64,000 bases of DNA from Octopus vulgaris (lineage: Eukaryota). The position numbers and the translations under genes are program-made. How positions within the stretch are numbered: the stretch's first letter is position 1; each line of letters begins with the position of its first letter. The stretch covers positions 9,486,001 to 9,550,000 of the forward strand of contig OX597831.1 in NCBI GenBank assembly GCA_951406725.2, given 5' to 3'. Below, one piece after another: positions 11,483 to 25,009 of the stretch. The notes beneath the pieces are model-generated. The model searched no databases and had not been told where the DNA came from. It saw only the letters and a list, made by a program, of their open reading frames with translations.

Positions 11483-12609
11483 GATAGAAATATTTATATG
11501 TCAATATGCTGATAACAGACTGTTAAATCGTCAATTTCCACATATTATTATACCCACTACACAAATACGTTATATATATATATATATATAAAGCTCCTTT
11601 ATATTCACGGCCACGACTAAGGGATGCAGTTAGTAGTTTATAGTACTCCCTGCGTCCTTTGTAGATAAATTTAAATCACGGAGAAGCAATATTATAAGAT
11701 AAAGCAAAATGGAAAGAAGAGACGGGGAAAGAAAATGCGGGTGTTTGCACAGAAAAACCTGTTCCAGTAAATAGTAATTAGGGATATTACAGGAGGATTA
11801 GACAAAGATTTATCCGGAAGAATTCCGGGGGAAAAATTACGGTGTTGATGAAGGAATATTATTCGTTGGTTTATCGGATATGGTGGTTCCACCCTTTCTG
11901 CATATTTTGTGCATTAAAGCAATTAAAATCCGGAAGTTGCCTGCTGGGCAGGAATTTATCTCAAAGGATGTTGCCTTGAAGGGAGGTTTCCTAGATGCAG
12001 TAGGTTGCCTGGAAGACAGGGATTCGACTTGTTGTTCTTCTAACCCCCATTCATTAATTTTTTTATTTTGTATTAGCGTATTGTTTGCAGTAACTAACTT
12101 CCACAATAATTAACGAGGTACAATAATTTTTCAGTAATGAAATATTGTAATGAAGAATTGCCCATTAGAAAGCATTAGATGAAATCGAATAACGACAGAA
12201 AAACCGGAAATATTACTTCAGCTGGAATAAAATCGAGTTCAGCGTATTAAATTGTTTTATTTTTCGGTTGAATAAACAACACTGAGAATGATTAAAATAT
12301 GACATACGTACAACATTGCTTTCAATCTGAAAATTAAAGTTGATTTAGATAAGTGTTCTAAAGACTCATTCCAAATATAAAAATGAAAACAAATAGAAAT
12401 ATTAAATCGTATATAATCTTATCTATTTAATAAGCAGGCTTTTATCCTGAGTGTTTATGACCACGTATATACATACACACGCACAATCACACAGTCGGTC
12501 ACAATCGCACACATATACAAAGCACACACACATACATTATGCGTATGTATACATATATAAATACATATCCACACACACATGTGTACTATGTATTCATATA
12601 TACGTAAAT

Positions 12610-12656
<47 letters not shown>

Positions 12657-12699
12657 TGCATATATATATTACACACGTATATTATGCATTCATGTATTC

Positions 12700-12768
<69 letters not shown>

Positions 12769-13039
12769 TATATTACACACACATACACACGCACATAGAC
12801 ACACGCATACACACACATTCAAATCTCAAAGAGAAATTCTTCAGAATATCTTTTCCGTGTAGTAGTCTTCGGAAGAGATAGACTTATAAAACTCTGCGTG
12901 TGTTTCCAAGATCAAACCCGTGATGGAAAGAATAAAGATGGATGATTTTACCGTGAGATGCTGGACAAAGCCACGATGAGTTTCCAGATGTCTTTTATCG
13001 TCTTGCTCTTATCCTAGACCCATTTCACCAACAAAGTAT

Positions 13040-13510
13040 GCTAAACCCCGTTGAACGTCTTGTATCTTTATATAACCATGATCTTATATAAGCCGCAAAA
13101 CCAGAAATCTCTTTGGGACTGGGGGAGGTCGAGAATATTGATCCCAGAGCTCTGTTGGTGGTTATTTTATTGATCTCGAAAAGGATGAAAAGTAAAGTCG
13201 ACCTCCCTGTCATTAGAACTCAGAACATAGAGAACCGAATTAAATGCTGTGATGCATTTTGTCCGGTGTGTTAACGAATGTGCAGTTTGCATACCTTGTA
13301 ACAATAAAAAATGACTACCATATTGTATATGATATTGGTTTCCAGTTTTGGCCCAAGACCAGCAATTGTGACGTCATCGATGTCGGTGCTCTCTTGGTAA
13401 TTGTTTTATCGACTCTCAAAGGATGAAAGTCGATCTCGACGGAATTTGAACTCAGAACGTAAAAAAATGGACGAAATTTAGCTCAGAATTGTATTCGGCG
13501 TGCTAACGAC
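13040..13510 (-). mobile_element. Cluster of old family A SINE remnants
   Basis: Two occurrences of AAAGGATGAAA..AAAGTCGA..CTC..GG(A)ATTTGAACTCAGAAC. Confidence 0.6.
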
Positions 13511-13558
13511 ACTAGCAACTCACCGCTGTCGTACTGTTTATTATATTAATACGAAAGA

Positions 13559-13968
13559 AAGGCGGCGAACTGGCAGAATCGTTAGCATGCCGGGCGAAGT
13601 GCTTAGCGGTATTTCGTCTTCCGTTACGTCCTGAGTTAAAATTCCGCCGAGGTCGACTTTGCCTTTTATCCTCTCGGGGTCGATTAAATAAGTACCAGTT
13701 AAGCACTGGGGCGGATATAATCGACTTAATCCGTTTGTCTGTCCTTGTTTGTACTCTCTGTGTTTAGCCCCCCCCCCCCTTGTGGGTAGTAAAAAATAGG
13801 TATTTCGTCTGCCGCTACGTTGTGAGTTCAAATTCCGCCGAGGTCGACTTTGCCTGTCATCCTTTCGAGGTCGATAAATCAAGTACCAGTTGCGTACTGT
13901 GGTAGATCTAATCAACTGGCCCCCTCCCCCAAAGTTTCAGGCAATGTGCCTAGAATAGAAAAGAATAT
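13559..13968 (+). mobile_element. Family A SINE dimer with two different tails
   Basis: Head plus unit 1 (Tx1-like tail) to ~13798; unit 2 starts GGTATTTCG at 13799 and ends CCCTCCCCCAAAGTTTCAGGCAATGTGCCTAGAATAGAAAAGAATA. Confidence 0.85.
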
Positions 13969-14654
13969 TAATACGAGAGAGTTTGTCTTTCTTGCTTCAG
14001 GGCCACTTTTACTCTGTACGGTTATGTTCAGCACGGCGAGACCGAAGGCCTTCATTGATGTTTGTTTGATGTTCTCCCAATAATTGCTGGACTGAAACAA
14101 AGAACACATTGGATAGGTAGACTCATTCTGAAAAACAAAGAGGGTATCCATGGGCCCGACGTCCGTAGACACAGTTCACTTCTATAATGACTGGTATATG
14201 AACAAAAGAAAAAAAACATTATGCCAGTTTGCAATTTTGTTTGTAAGTTCAGTTTGTGATTATTAGGCTGAACGTTCGAATTCCGGACCAGCACCATGTT
14301 GTGATCTTGAACCAGATATTTCATTTCACGTTGCTCTGACTTTGGCGTAAAAGATTTAAGATCTCAGAATATGAAGAAAGTCTAATATTAGTTACAATTC
14401 TGTTGACTTCAAAAATCATTCCGGCTCCGTTCCACCTGTACTTATCATTTCGCTTTCAGTATATGTCCGAACGGCTTGGAATGAGTAGCAATACTGCTTT
14501 ATCGTTTATTTGAAAAAAAATGGAAGATCGAAACATCCAGTGTATTGTAACGTAATGCAAAATATTTGTTTGTGTGTGTGTATGTATGTGTGTGTTTGTG
14601 TGTGTATGTGTGGCTATGTGTATACATATACAATCATATATAAATAAGTAGATG

Positions 14655-15790
14655 GATTGGGTTGACCAAAACATCCCTTCGATTTTCGTTGACTGTAAAC
14701 TTCAAAATCTCAAATAAGTAGCTAATTTCATTTTACTCCTTGCACTTGAAACGTCAAAGTATTTGAAAGCGAATTGGAGACAAAATAGGTTGTTTCTTTT
14801 GTGTTTGTGGTCACTCTGAATATGAAGAACCAAACTGAAATTTATAGATTCCACATGTTTTTATTTTATATATTTTCAAAAAGGCAAGAAAGTTACACAA
14901 AACTGGAGGAAGATACGAAGTGTGCTCGCACATGTTGTGCTTATAAATCGGGTGTGCAAGAAGTCCTTCCAAGATTTCTTTCAGGAAGTTTTTCGGTTGA
15001 AGTTGCATGTCACTTTAGCCGGCTAATTGAGATTAACTGCGTTAACAATTCCTGTTATAAAAGCAAGATGATTGCAGATAATCTCCAAATATCCTACTTG
15101 AATGTTGAAATCTATCGGCATTAACTTGGTTACCTCAGCAGGCTTAGTATTTGAGTCTCATATCAACTTAATTAGACTAACCTCGCGTAACGGATTTCCG
15201 TCTGCGATTGGCTGCAGAAACATAAAGAAAACCATACTTTTTTTAATAGAATTATGGAAAGGGACAAAATATGGCTATCTACAACAATGTGAAGGCAGTC
15301 GATTGTGAAGAATACGCAGCGAACGATCACTAACAATCTCCAAAACAGGATTTTCTTCTGAAGAAGGTAATGATTTGGTGGGATTGCGAGAGCGTTACCT
15401 TTTACGAGTTTCTTCTCGCAGACCGGACCATCTGGCCCTTATTAAAAGCAGCGATCCCCCAGAAGCGTCTCGCAGTTGCTAATCATAATGATGTTATCTT
15501 TTATCCTGATATTGTCAGACCGCACACTTCTTTGCAGACTCAGCAACAGTCACTTCTGTTTGACTAGATGGTTTTTTTGCACCCGCCATATTTCCTCCTG
15601 TTTTGTTATCATCAAAATTCATTGAATGGAAGGACCCTCGACTCCTAGGAGGATCTAAAAATTCACCTGGGAGAGGTATATGTCTGTAAAGACAGGAAAT
15701 TCCTTAAGTAGGGGAAATGAATGTGCCTAGAAGATATTGGAACAAATTATATTATTTTTAAATTAAATCGCTTTGTGTTTTAAAGCACCT
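14655..15790 (+). pseudogene. Decayed mariner transposon (Mos1-like transposase relic)
   Basis: N-terminal LFYFQKGK; KKVMIWWDCESVTFYEFL, IFYPDIVRPHTS (HDNARPH) and LHPPY motifs; TIR-like ATTGGGTTGACCAAAA at the left end; many stops. Confidence 0.8.
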
Positions 15791-15794
15791 TCTT

Positions 15795-15851
<57 letters not shown>

Positions 15852-16387
15852 CTTTATCACCAAGCTATCATCCGGTCACTTCTATTATTTCAAGGCACTC
15901 TATTCATTATTGCCATATGCAATATTCTACGTTTTATCTTCGCCCCGCCCCTCCTACCCTATCAGATTAATAGCAAAGTACCCTCTCCCATTTCTTCTCT
16001 GGCCCTTCTTTCTCCGTCCTACTCTCTTCCTCTTTATTTATTAGATTTTAATTCCTTACATATTGTTATCTCAAATATAATTTTTACTGTTTAATTTTCA
16101 GTTTAAATACTAGGCTTGTTTCTATTATATTCTATTGTAATTAATATTCTATTTTAATTACATTCAATTACTTATTCATGTCACAGTCCATCTTATTCTG
16201 TATGTATTTTTCTATTGTACCTCTCACATACTTTTACATAAAATTTTGATGAAACTATTGTCTTTATATAGTTTTTTTTTTCGCTTTGGTCAAATCCTCT
16301 TTTCAGCCTCGTTTATACTATTATTTTAAAATACCAGCTTAATCAGATTCAAATACCAAATCCTTGAATTGCTATCTAAATACATAT

Positions 16388-16464
<77 letters not shown>

Positions 16465-16468
<4 letters not shown>

Positions 16469-16591
16469 AGGGAATATTTTAACTACTATGTGGAAACCCT
16501 GGAGCTGGAGAACAATTCTTAGTGGTTGAGACCATAGCGGATCTTCTTCTAGCATAAGGGTTTCCAAATAGTGGTAAAAAAATCCCTCTTA
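16465..16591. repeat. Imperfect inverted repeat (~35-bp arms) adjoining (TA)n
   Basis: AGAGGGAATATTTTAACTACTATGTGGAAACCCT ... AGGGTTTCCAAATAGTGGTAAAAAAATCCCTCT. Confidence 0.75.
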
Positions 16592-16791
16592 TATTTATGT
16601 ATTTACCGGATCTCAGTTTTTATATGCTGGACCACTGGTGTTAAAATTGATGTTATCAAATTAATATCCAATTTTTCACCCTCATTTTGATTTTAATTGC
16701 TATGGCCATATATATTATAATGTCTGACGAATGATTACAAGAAACGCTGACTAACCGCTTTTATTGGTCAAGTGTGGTTCAATACCTTAGC

Positions 16792-16806
16792 CTATCTATC
16801 TATCTG

Positions 16807-16887
<81 letters not shown>
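16792..16887. repeat. (TATC)n microsatellite
   Basis: Direct inspection. Confidence 0.95.
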
Positions 16888-17997
16888 AAGGGCGAATGGC
16901 ACCGCGAGTGTCGCGTTGCTCTCAAGCAACTCTGACGTCCCGGATCGACCGTCATTGACTCCAACACAACCCAAGCATTCTATAGGGGATTAGTGGAGGG
17001 GAGGTACGACGACGAGCTCGAGGCGAACCTGGACGTCGACGAGGAATACCTGACCCGCCTGTTCAGGACGACTTTCGGGCCAGGGCCCATGGACAACTTC
17101 TAGAGACCCCTGTCCCGGCAGTACTACCGAGAAGCGCTACCCGTTCGGGATAAGCTCTACAGACACGGCTCAAGAAACACGGGGCCGTCTTGCCCGAGAT
17201 ACGGTCAGAGCGACGAAACCGTTCTGCATTTACTCGTGCAGTGTCCAACGATTTCTGACCTGTGGGCTTATGTTGAACAACTAGTGTCACGTGTGGGACG
17301 AGTCGGTTTATCAGCCGAGTCTATCGTCTATATTGTCACGCCTCCTTCCTTCAAACGGGAAGGAAGAGCTATTTTCATCATCCTTGTGGCTATGGCGAAA
17401 AAATGTATCTGGTGGACGCGTCTGAAAGGATTGGAGACAAACACTTTGCTCTCTGGTCAATCTCTCATCAACTTCTTCAAGTATCACTTGAAAAGGAAAG
17501 TGAGAGTAGAGAGGCAAGTTTTGTCTAGCGAATGTTTTTAAAAAAGATGGGTGAATGTATCAAGGATGGCATGTATGAATGACGAGACCACCTTGAGCAT
17601 AATCCTATGAACCCGGATTTTGAAAACAGAGGATTACCCACTTGCAAACAAATGTGGTAACATGTAACAATATTGACCGAGGTTACCGTGGTCATTTCCG
17701 TAGGCTTTTCTTCCCACGGATAAACCTTATCTGCTTCCCCCTTTACACCGTACATCATGACACTGTGATACACGATCCCTATTGATCGTTTTTTTTCTTT
17801 TTCCCCTTTTTCATTGTTTTTCCTTTTTTCTTTTTTCTCTTCTTTTGATTCTTTTCCTTTTCTTTCTTATTTTATTCTTTCTCTTTTACGATCCCTTTTG
17901 ATCGAAAACCTACCCCACTTTTTTTTTCCAAAAAAAGAAAGGCTCTACTTTGTAATCTGTCCCGTCTGTGTGCAGCCCTGTGTGGCTAATAAAGAAA
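16888..17997 (+). mobile_element. 5'-truncated L1/Tx1-clade LINE: ORF2 C-terminus plus 3'UTR, inserted in (TATC)n
   Basis: ALPVRDKLYRHG...CPRxG..DETVLHLLVQCPTISDLW (L1-type C-terminal CCHC region) ...AKKCIWWTR; in-frame stops; pyrimidine-rich 3'UTR ending GGCTAATAAAGAAA. Confidence 0.85.
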
Positions 17998-18001
17998 CAT
18001 A

Positions 18002-18002
18002 C

Positions 18003-18085
<83 letters not shown>

Positions 18086-18198
18086 CCTACCTACCTACAT
18101 ACATACATACATAGCAAAATACATAAGTATCTATCTGTAAAATCTACCTACCTACCTACCTCCTACCTACCTACTTACCAACCTACCTACCTACCTAC

Positions 18199-18282
<84 letters not shown>

Positions 18283-18300
18283 CTGTCTGTCTGTCTGTCC

Positions 18301-18381
<81 letters not shown>
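18002..18381. repeat. (TATC)n-(TACC)n-(TGTC)n compound tetranucleotide array
   Basis: Direct inspection. Confidence 0.95.
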
Positions 18382-18812
18382 GATATTTAATACTTCCATT
18401 TTTGTCCCTAATGTAAAATATTCTTTATAATTTAATTCGTTTTTAGAAGCTAAGTTGACAGTTATTCTAAGAGGTTACCTGAAAATTTAGAATCTGGCTC
18501 ATAACCAAATACCGGTACCTTATGAAGTGTGATGGAGAGTGTTGTGAAAAGTGTAATTATTACAGAATGCATGGAATACAAGAGGAAAAGTAGAGATTTA
18601 AGAAAGCTCTTAATACGATAGGTACGAAATGATGAAATATATTTCAGAAAAGAAGAGGTGTCTAAAATATGGACCTGCTGCTGTTGTTGGTGCTGTTGCT
18701 GTGTGATGATAATAGTGATAATGATGATAATGATGATAAACGTATATGCATAAAGACGTAGAAATCCAGATACGACCACATAATGTATATGTCTATGCAT
18801 GGAAGGAAGGAT

Positions 18813-18847
<35 letters not shown>

Positions 18848-19094
18848 TATACCATATCGTGTAACATATATTACATTGTAATATACGTATATATATATTC
18901 AAGCATTTGTGTAAACATATATGAAACGTGTATCTCTAAGAACTTGTTGCTGAAGTACCTTGAGCTGTTAAATACATAACTCTAATGCATTTTTAATAGT
19001 TTTCTCTCAAGTGGTTCTAGATTAAAAATTGAGAAAATAGATAACTTTTCTCATGTACATGTGTATAAGCAAATACGATACACAATCATAGGTA

Positions 19095-19189
19095 CGTATG
19101 TATGTATGTATGTATGTATGTATGTATAATTGTATATGTATGTATGTATATCCATCTATCTATCTATCTATATATTATATTTATACATG

Positions 19190-19242
<53 letters not shown>

Positions 19243-19300
19243 CATATATATATATATATATATATATATGAATGTATGGAAACATTTCTATCAATATATT

Positions 19301-19335
<35 letters not shown>

Positions 19336-19515
19336 ACATATATATATATATGTATATATATGTATATATGTCTATATATATATATATATATATATGTATA
19401 CATACATATATATATGTATATATACATATATATATATATGTATATATATATACATATATATATATATATGTTTGTGTGTGCATATATATGTATATATTTG
19501 AATTGTGTGTATCTG

Positions 19516-19550
<35 letters not shown>

Positions 19551-19570
19551 ATATATAGACATATATGTAG
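19095..19570. repeat. Long degenerate (TA)n block
   Basis: Direct inspection. Confidence 0.95.
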
Positions 19571-20191
19571 ATAGAGAGATAAACCTACGAGCATGTGCGC
19601 ATCTGTGCCTTTATATATGATACAAAGTATGCATCTCTAGTTTTTCTCCCATTTTCTTTATTGTTGTTATAATGTTCTCTGGAATGATTTTGTGGAACCC
19701 TTGCTTATTTCCTTATCAATGTTGCAGATTGTGTTTGGAAAATATCATTATTTATAGAACATTGTATCTCCGTTATCTGCAGGTTGAAATATTTTCAGAT
19801 TCGTTTCCCGTAATTTTATTATCATATTGATTCGTAAGTCAGCGAAGCGGTAGAATCGTTTGTACGCCGTTGAAATGCTTAGCGACAAATATGTCCGTTT
19901 TTACGATTTGTGTTTAAATGCCACCGAGGCCGACCTTGTCTACGAACCTCCCTGGGTAGATGAATCAAGTACCAATCATATACTGTGGTCGCTATGATGA
20001 GCTAGACCGAAGAAATCCAGGTATATTGTGGAAAATATATGACAGGAATTCGTGTAGTTCTTAAAATTCAGATATTTTCTTTAAAAACTGGTCATGAAAT
20101 TTTCTAAATTTAGCCATCATACGTACTTTCTACAGGTGTATACTTTATGCAGATTTAGCCATTTTGTTGAATTTAATATTTGCAAATTGCC

Positions 20192-20410
20192 AAGGCAGGG
20201 AGCTGACACAATCGTTAGCACACCGGACGCAATACTTAGCGACACTTCGTCCGTATTTATGTTCTGTGTTCAAATTTCGCCGAGATCAGCTCTCCTTTGC
20301 ATAATTTCGAGGTCAATAAAAGAAATATTAATTGAGCAATGGAATCGGTGTAATCGACTCGACCTTCCCCTCTAAATTGCTGGCCTTGCGCCAAAATTTG
20401 AAATCAATAT
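20192..20410 (+). mobile_element. Old family A SINE with alternative tail
   Basis: AAGGCAGGGAGCTG...AATCGTTAGCAC...GTTCAAATT...GTAATCGAC...AAATTGCTGGCCTTGCGCCAAAATTTGAAATC. Confidence 0.7.
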
Positions 20411-21629
20411 GTATACAATATATTTTCCGTTTGCGGACGTTGATCGTATGTAAAAGAGTTTTCAAATAATGAATATATGCCTTAGGATGACTTCTTTTTG
20501 AAAGTATTATGGCTAACTACTCAAAGAATTTACAAAGCACTGTTAAGGACATGTCTATGTTAGTGATAGATATGAAGTAATTAAAGTTAGTCGGGGAGGA
20601 GTGGAGCCTTAAATCGATCCCTCTGTTGGATTGGTACTTTATTTTAACGATACTCCCAACGTTAACGGCGGCGAGATTTTTAACCACGACGCCAAAGGAC
20701 GCTTACAACAGTATTGATCTATGCCATGGAACAACAATATTGATCTCTGGCATAGACTCAATCACTGAGATTTGGATGAATGTTAAATTTGATTACAATT
20801 AAAAGCCTAATCCTCCGATAAATTCTTTATCAACCCAAGAATGATGAAAGATAAATATGGCCTCAGCGGTATTCCAACTGAGGACGTAAAATGCGTTCTA
20901 ATAATATTAATAGCAAATGGTCTGATCTAACCAATTCCTCATGGCTGAAAGACAGCTAAAACCAATATCATATACACTTCTCATCTATTGCTCCACCAAA
21001 ATACGTTTTGAGAGAACCTTACAGTTGAACGATTTTCACGGATACCATTATCTAGGATTTCAAAAACAATGAGCAAATTCTTTGACAACATGCTTCCGCC
21101 CATATAATATAAAATAAAATAAAAAAATCAATCAAAGACGGGTAGAAATATGATAATAGATATCGGCAGTGTCTTCATGGTTAGGAATCATAGCATTTTA
21201 TATTGGTCCATAAAAATGGAATTGATTATGTTGATGAAGGATAGAATTAATTATGTTAATGATAACATATTTCTTTTTTTCATTTCTACTACACCGCTAT
21301 TGTGATGTAAATATTTACATTCTGTGACATATTTATATTAGTTACAATAATAGAGAGCCACCGAATTTATCTGAATAGATCAAAATATATCTTTAAAAAT
21401 GTTCCAAAGTTGGTAATTATTTCATCACAAAATTTTACAAGTGATTCAATATATATTCTCAAACACTGGAAGATAGAATATGGAGGCAGTGTTACAGAAT
21501 ATATTTTTCACGTGATTATGATGGAGCCTTACTCAGTAAAGCTCGGATGATTTTAGCAGTGCATACTTGAAGTAATTCACATAGGAAATAGCCGAGTAAT
21601 TAGATGTTCCGATTGACATAGCATTTCCC

Positions 21630-21742
<113 letters not shown>

Positions 21743-22433
21743 ACATATTTCTAGACATTGTTATTAAACCATTCAATGTTAAATATTTAACATGGGATTG
21801 AGAAAATATATCTATTGATTGATTAAGTGGTTTTAAAGCGTCAAGAAAACCCAGCAAAACTTCATTGCTTGTCGTGATGTGTCAGTCTTGTGAATCACTT
21901 CCAAGAATTGGATAACTTCCAGTTCGCCAGTTCCATTACTGATTTGATTAATACAAGTTACAATGAACTTTACCCGATACTTCGGCACGCAGTTATCTTG
22001 CTGAGAGTACGGTGTTAGCAGAGCAGTAAAACTTGTAATTAAAATATAACTAGTATGAATATTGATTGGATTTCGCAAGGCATAACGTCAGTTTCGAAGA
22101 TCGGAAGAAGGCCAAATATATTTTAAATAATCTTCAGAATGTCATTGATAAATATTTAAGGAAACTAAAATGTGTTACACACAGAATGTTAATGATGAAT
22201 ACTACCTACCATTCATCTTCTTGGCTTCTCTGAACCTATAATAACAACAGCAACAACAGCAACAACAACAACAACAACAACAACTATAACAACAACAAGA
22301 ACAACAACAACAGCAGTAGCAGCAACAACAACAACAATAATGATAATAGCAGAAAATAGCGCAGCTTGGAGCCGCATGAATATTCCGGAAGGGGCTCGAA
22401 AAAGCGTGCTAACAATTCTGCCACTTCACCACT

Positions 22434-22434
<1 letters not shown>

Positions 22435-22502
<68 letters not shown>

Positions 22503-22520
22503 GTAATAGTAATAATAGTA

Positions 22521-22575
<55 letters not shown>

Positions 22576-22576
22576 A

Positions 22577-22645
<69 letters not shown>
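22435..22645. repeat. (TAA)n microsatellite
   Basis: Direct inspection. Confidence 0.95.
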
Positions 22646-22647
<2 letters not shown>

Positions 22648-22654
22648 TATTAAA

Positions 22655-22730
22655 AAGCTAAGCGCATGAAAACCCGTGCTAAAACTGCTGCCTTAGATAT
22701 CCTGAATGATAAATGGCAAGAAAAACCTCT
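22655..22730 (+). mobile_element. Tiny R4/Dong-like LINE ORF fragment after (TAA)n
   Basis: KAKRMKTRAKTAALDILNDKWQEKPL parallels KQAKQIKQTAKNNGKKQVEEQWSQKPLHGQY in the LINE at 34741-35136. Confidence 0.55.
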
Positions 22731-22740
22731 CTTCCAAATA

Positions 22741-23105
22741 CTGAATTTACCTCAGGTCGAGCAGCCCTTCCTACTGAAAATGTCCTTGGATAACGATTGT
22801 TCAAGAATGATGAACGAAACAATCTTATTTCAAGGAGTGAACCAAACTCCCACAAATCCTTCTCGACACATGGCTACGCTGCTCCTCCTATATTCCTGCT
22901 CGGGATCAGAGATACACATATCATCAGCCACCGAGGGACATGCTGAACCGCTTAAGGTCAAGTAATTGACAGACGAATCTGCTGTATCGGGCAGAAAATC
23001 TGTTGGAGCAGAGCTTTGAGACAAAGACAAAACATACACATGTTAGAACTTCCAAACAGCTAAGAACAGAAGCCAATGAGAACCACTGATTGGTATTTCA
23101 GGGCA
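22741..23105 (-). mobile_element. Family T element, older partial copy
   Basis: Colinear with 23425-23797 (e.g. GATCAGAGAT.CACATATCATCAGCCAC). Confidence 0.75.
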
Positions 23106-23200
23106 ATTATCATCATCATCATCATCATCATTAATATTATTATTATCTTCATCATTATTAATATCATCATCATCATCATCATCATCATTATTATTATCAC

Positions 23201-23234
<34 letters not shown>

Positions 23235-23239
23235 ATTAT

Positions 23240-23794
23240 TGAGTGAGAGAGCAGTGCATGCCATCATAGTAACACTGGGGTAAAATTTACGAAGCCCAAT
23301 ATACCCATCATGACTACCTGTCTGATAAGGGTACACCAGGCACATGCATCACAACCATATGTGTGCGACATCGTGATCTAATGTCAAGATAAACAGCACA
23401 TGACCTTGCAGGTGGGGCCCACTTAGAATTTTCTTCAGGTCGGGTAATCCATCCTGCTCAAAAGGTCCCTGAATAAGGGTTGTTTAAGGATGTTGAACAA
23501 AACACCCATGTTTCCAGAGGTGAATTATTCAAACCCCAAAGAATCCCTCTCAACACGTGGCTATGATGCTCCCCCACTACTTCTGCTCGTGATCAGAGAT
23601 GCACATATCATCAGCCACTAAGGGATATGCTCAACTGGTTAAGGTCAAACAACTGACAAGCAAATCTGTGATATTGAACAGCATATTTGCTGTAGCCCAT
23701 CTTTTATACCAAGACAAAACAACGTACATGATAACACTTCCAACCAGTTAAGATCAGAAGCCATGAGAGCCACTGCCTGGTACTGCATCAGGGC

Positions 23795-23797
<3 letters not shown>
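23240..23797 (-). mobile_element. Family T element, apparently full length (~560 bp), between (TTA)n arrays
   Basis: Three copies in the window, same left boundary TGAGTGAGAG as 5496; no tRNA head and no credible ORF. Confidence 0.85.
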
Positions 23798-23860
<63 letters not shown>

Positions 23861-23874
23861 CAACATCGTCATCA

Positions 23875-23926
<52 letters not shown>

Positions 23927-25009
23927 CAACATCGTTGTTGTTGTTGTTGTTTGCTATTATTATTTGTTGTTGTTGTTATTATCTTGTTCGTCATGAAATT
24001 AAATAATTTATTTTGTCTTGCAAGAGATGCGATAATGCAAATGCCAAAGGGCTCATAGTATTCTTGTTCCTTTACATTCTGACTTGATACCATAATAGGG
24101 AGAGTAACTGTTGAATCCCGGTATCACCAATATCATCTGCACTTGTAGCAGTTTCCCTGTTTTTTTTTGTTTTTTTTCCAGCAATCAAAATAATTGCTCC
24201 GATAAATGCAAACATTATTTATCCTTTCGAAGCTAGTATGGTGAAATTGATGTAAAATAGGAAATATAAAAAAATAGATAAAATAAATATATCGATAAAT
24301 GCATAAAATCGTTATTCTTACGTAAGTTATTTTGCTATTTTGTATCTGGGCAACGCTAAATGCGTTGAACGAGTGTGGAATTTTGCAGGTGATGCTGTGA
24401 TAAGAAAGAATTTCTGATAATGTAGTTATGAAACGGAACAATCCATTCCGGGTCATGCAAACCTGAACGCATTGTGTGGGTGTAGGTAATTGAATACTTT
24501 ATCGGAACAAGAAAAACAAAATGTCAGCATTATTGAGTAAAACTGCATTTACGAATACCATGTTGATTTCAAATAATATTGTGTATAGCAATTTCGCATT
24601 CACACCGTGTTAAATATGAGCTTTATAAAAATGTCCTGAAGCTCACCGCCAGCGATTGTGCTATTAAACATAACAAATAGTTATCTACTTTTGAGCTGAG
24701 AGAAACCTAGAGATAAAATTTTCATCAGATACACTAGATTATTTAACATAGAGATGCACAAATCTGCAAGGGAACTTCTCTACGACTACTACTGGGCATG
24801 CCAGAAACGCCAGAAAATTCCTTCAAATCGTAACCGATTGAGTGTAAACAAAGGAATAAACACAAGGTATATAAAAGACAAAATATGCACCTATGTTAAA
24901 TGCATTTGATCATAGATTCGCTCAACTAAGTATGACATGGGGTGTAATCAAAATAATGCAACGATGCGAAGCACAAATTAACGAAGCCTTTACGTTGTCG
25001 ACCACAGTA

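Noticed and set aside
11590-12110. Complex, slightly GC-richer block after (TA)n, possibly a Penelope remnant
   Set aside because: No clear RT or GIY-YIG motif could be read in any frame.
13975-14130. Minus-strand open frame after a strong pyrimidine-CAG acceptor (NESTYPMCSLF...)
   Set aside because: No convincing donor, no recognisable protein family and no partner exons; needs RNA-seq.
16715-16785. CTGACGA...GAAAC hammerhead-like core
   Set aside because: Stem II is very weak, the triplet would be GUG, and stem I does not pair; at best a decayed relic.
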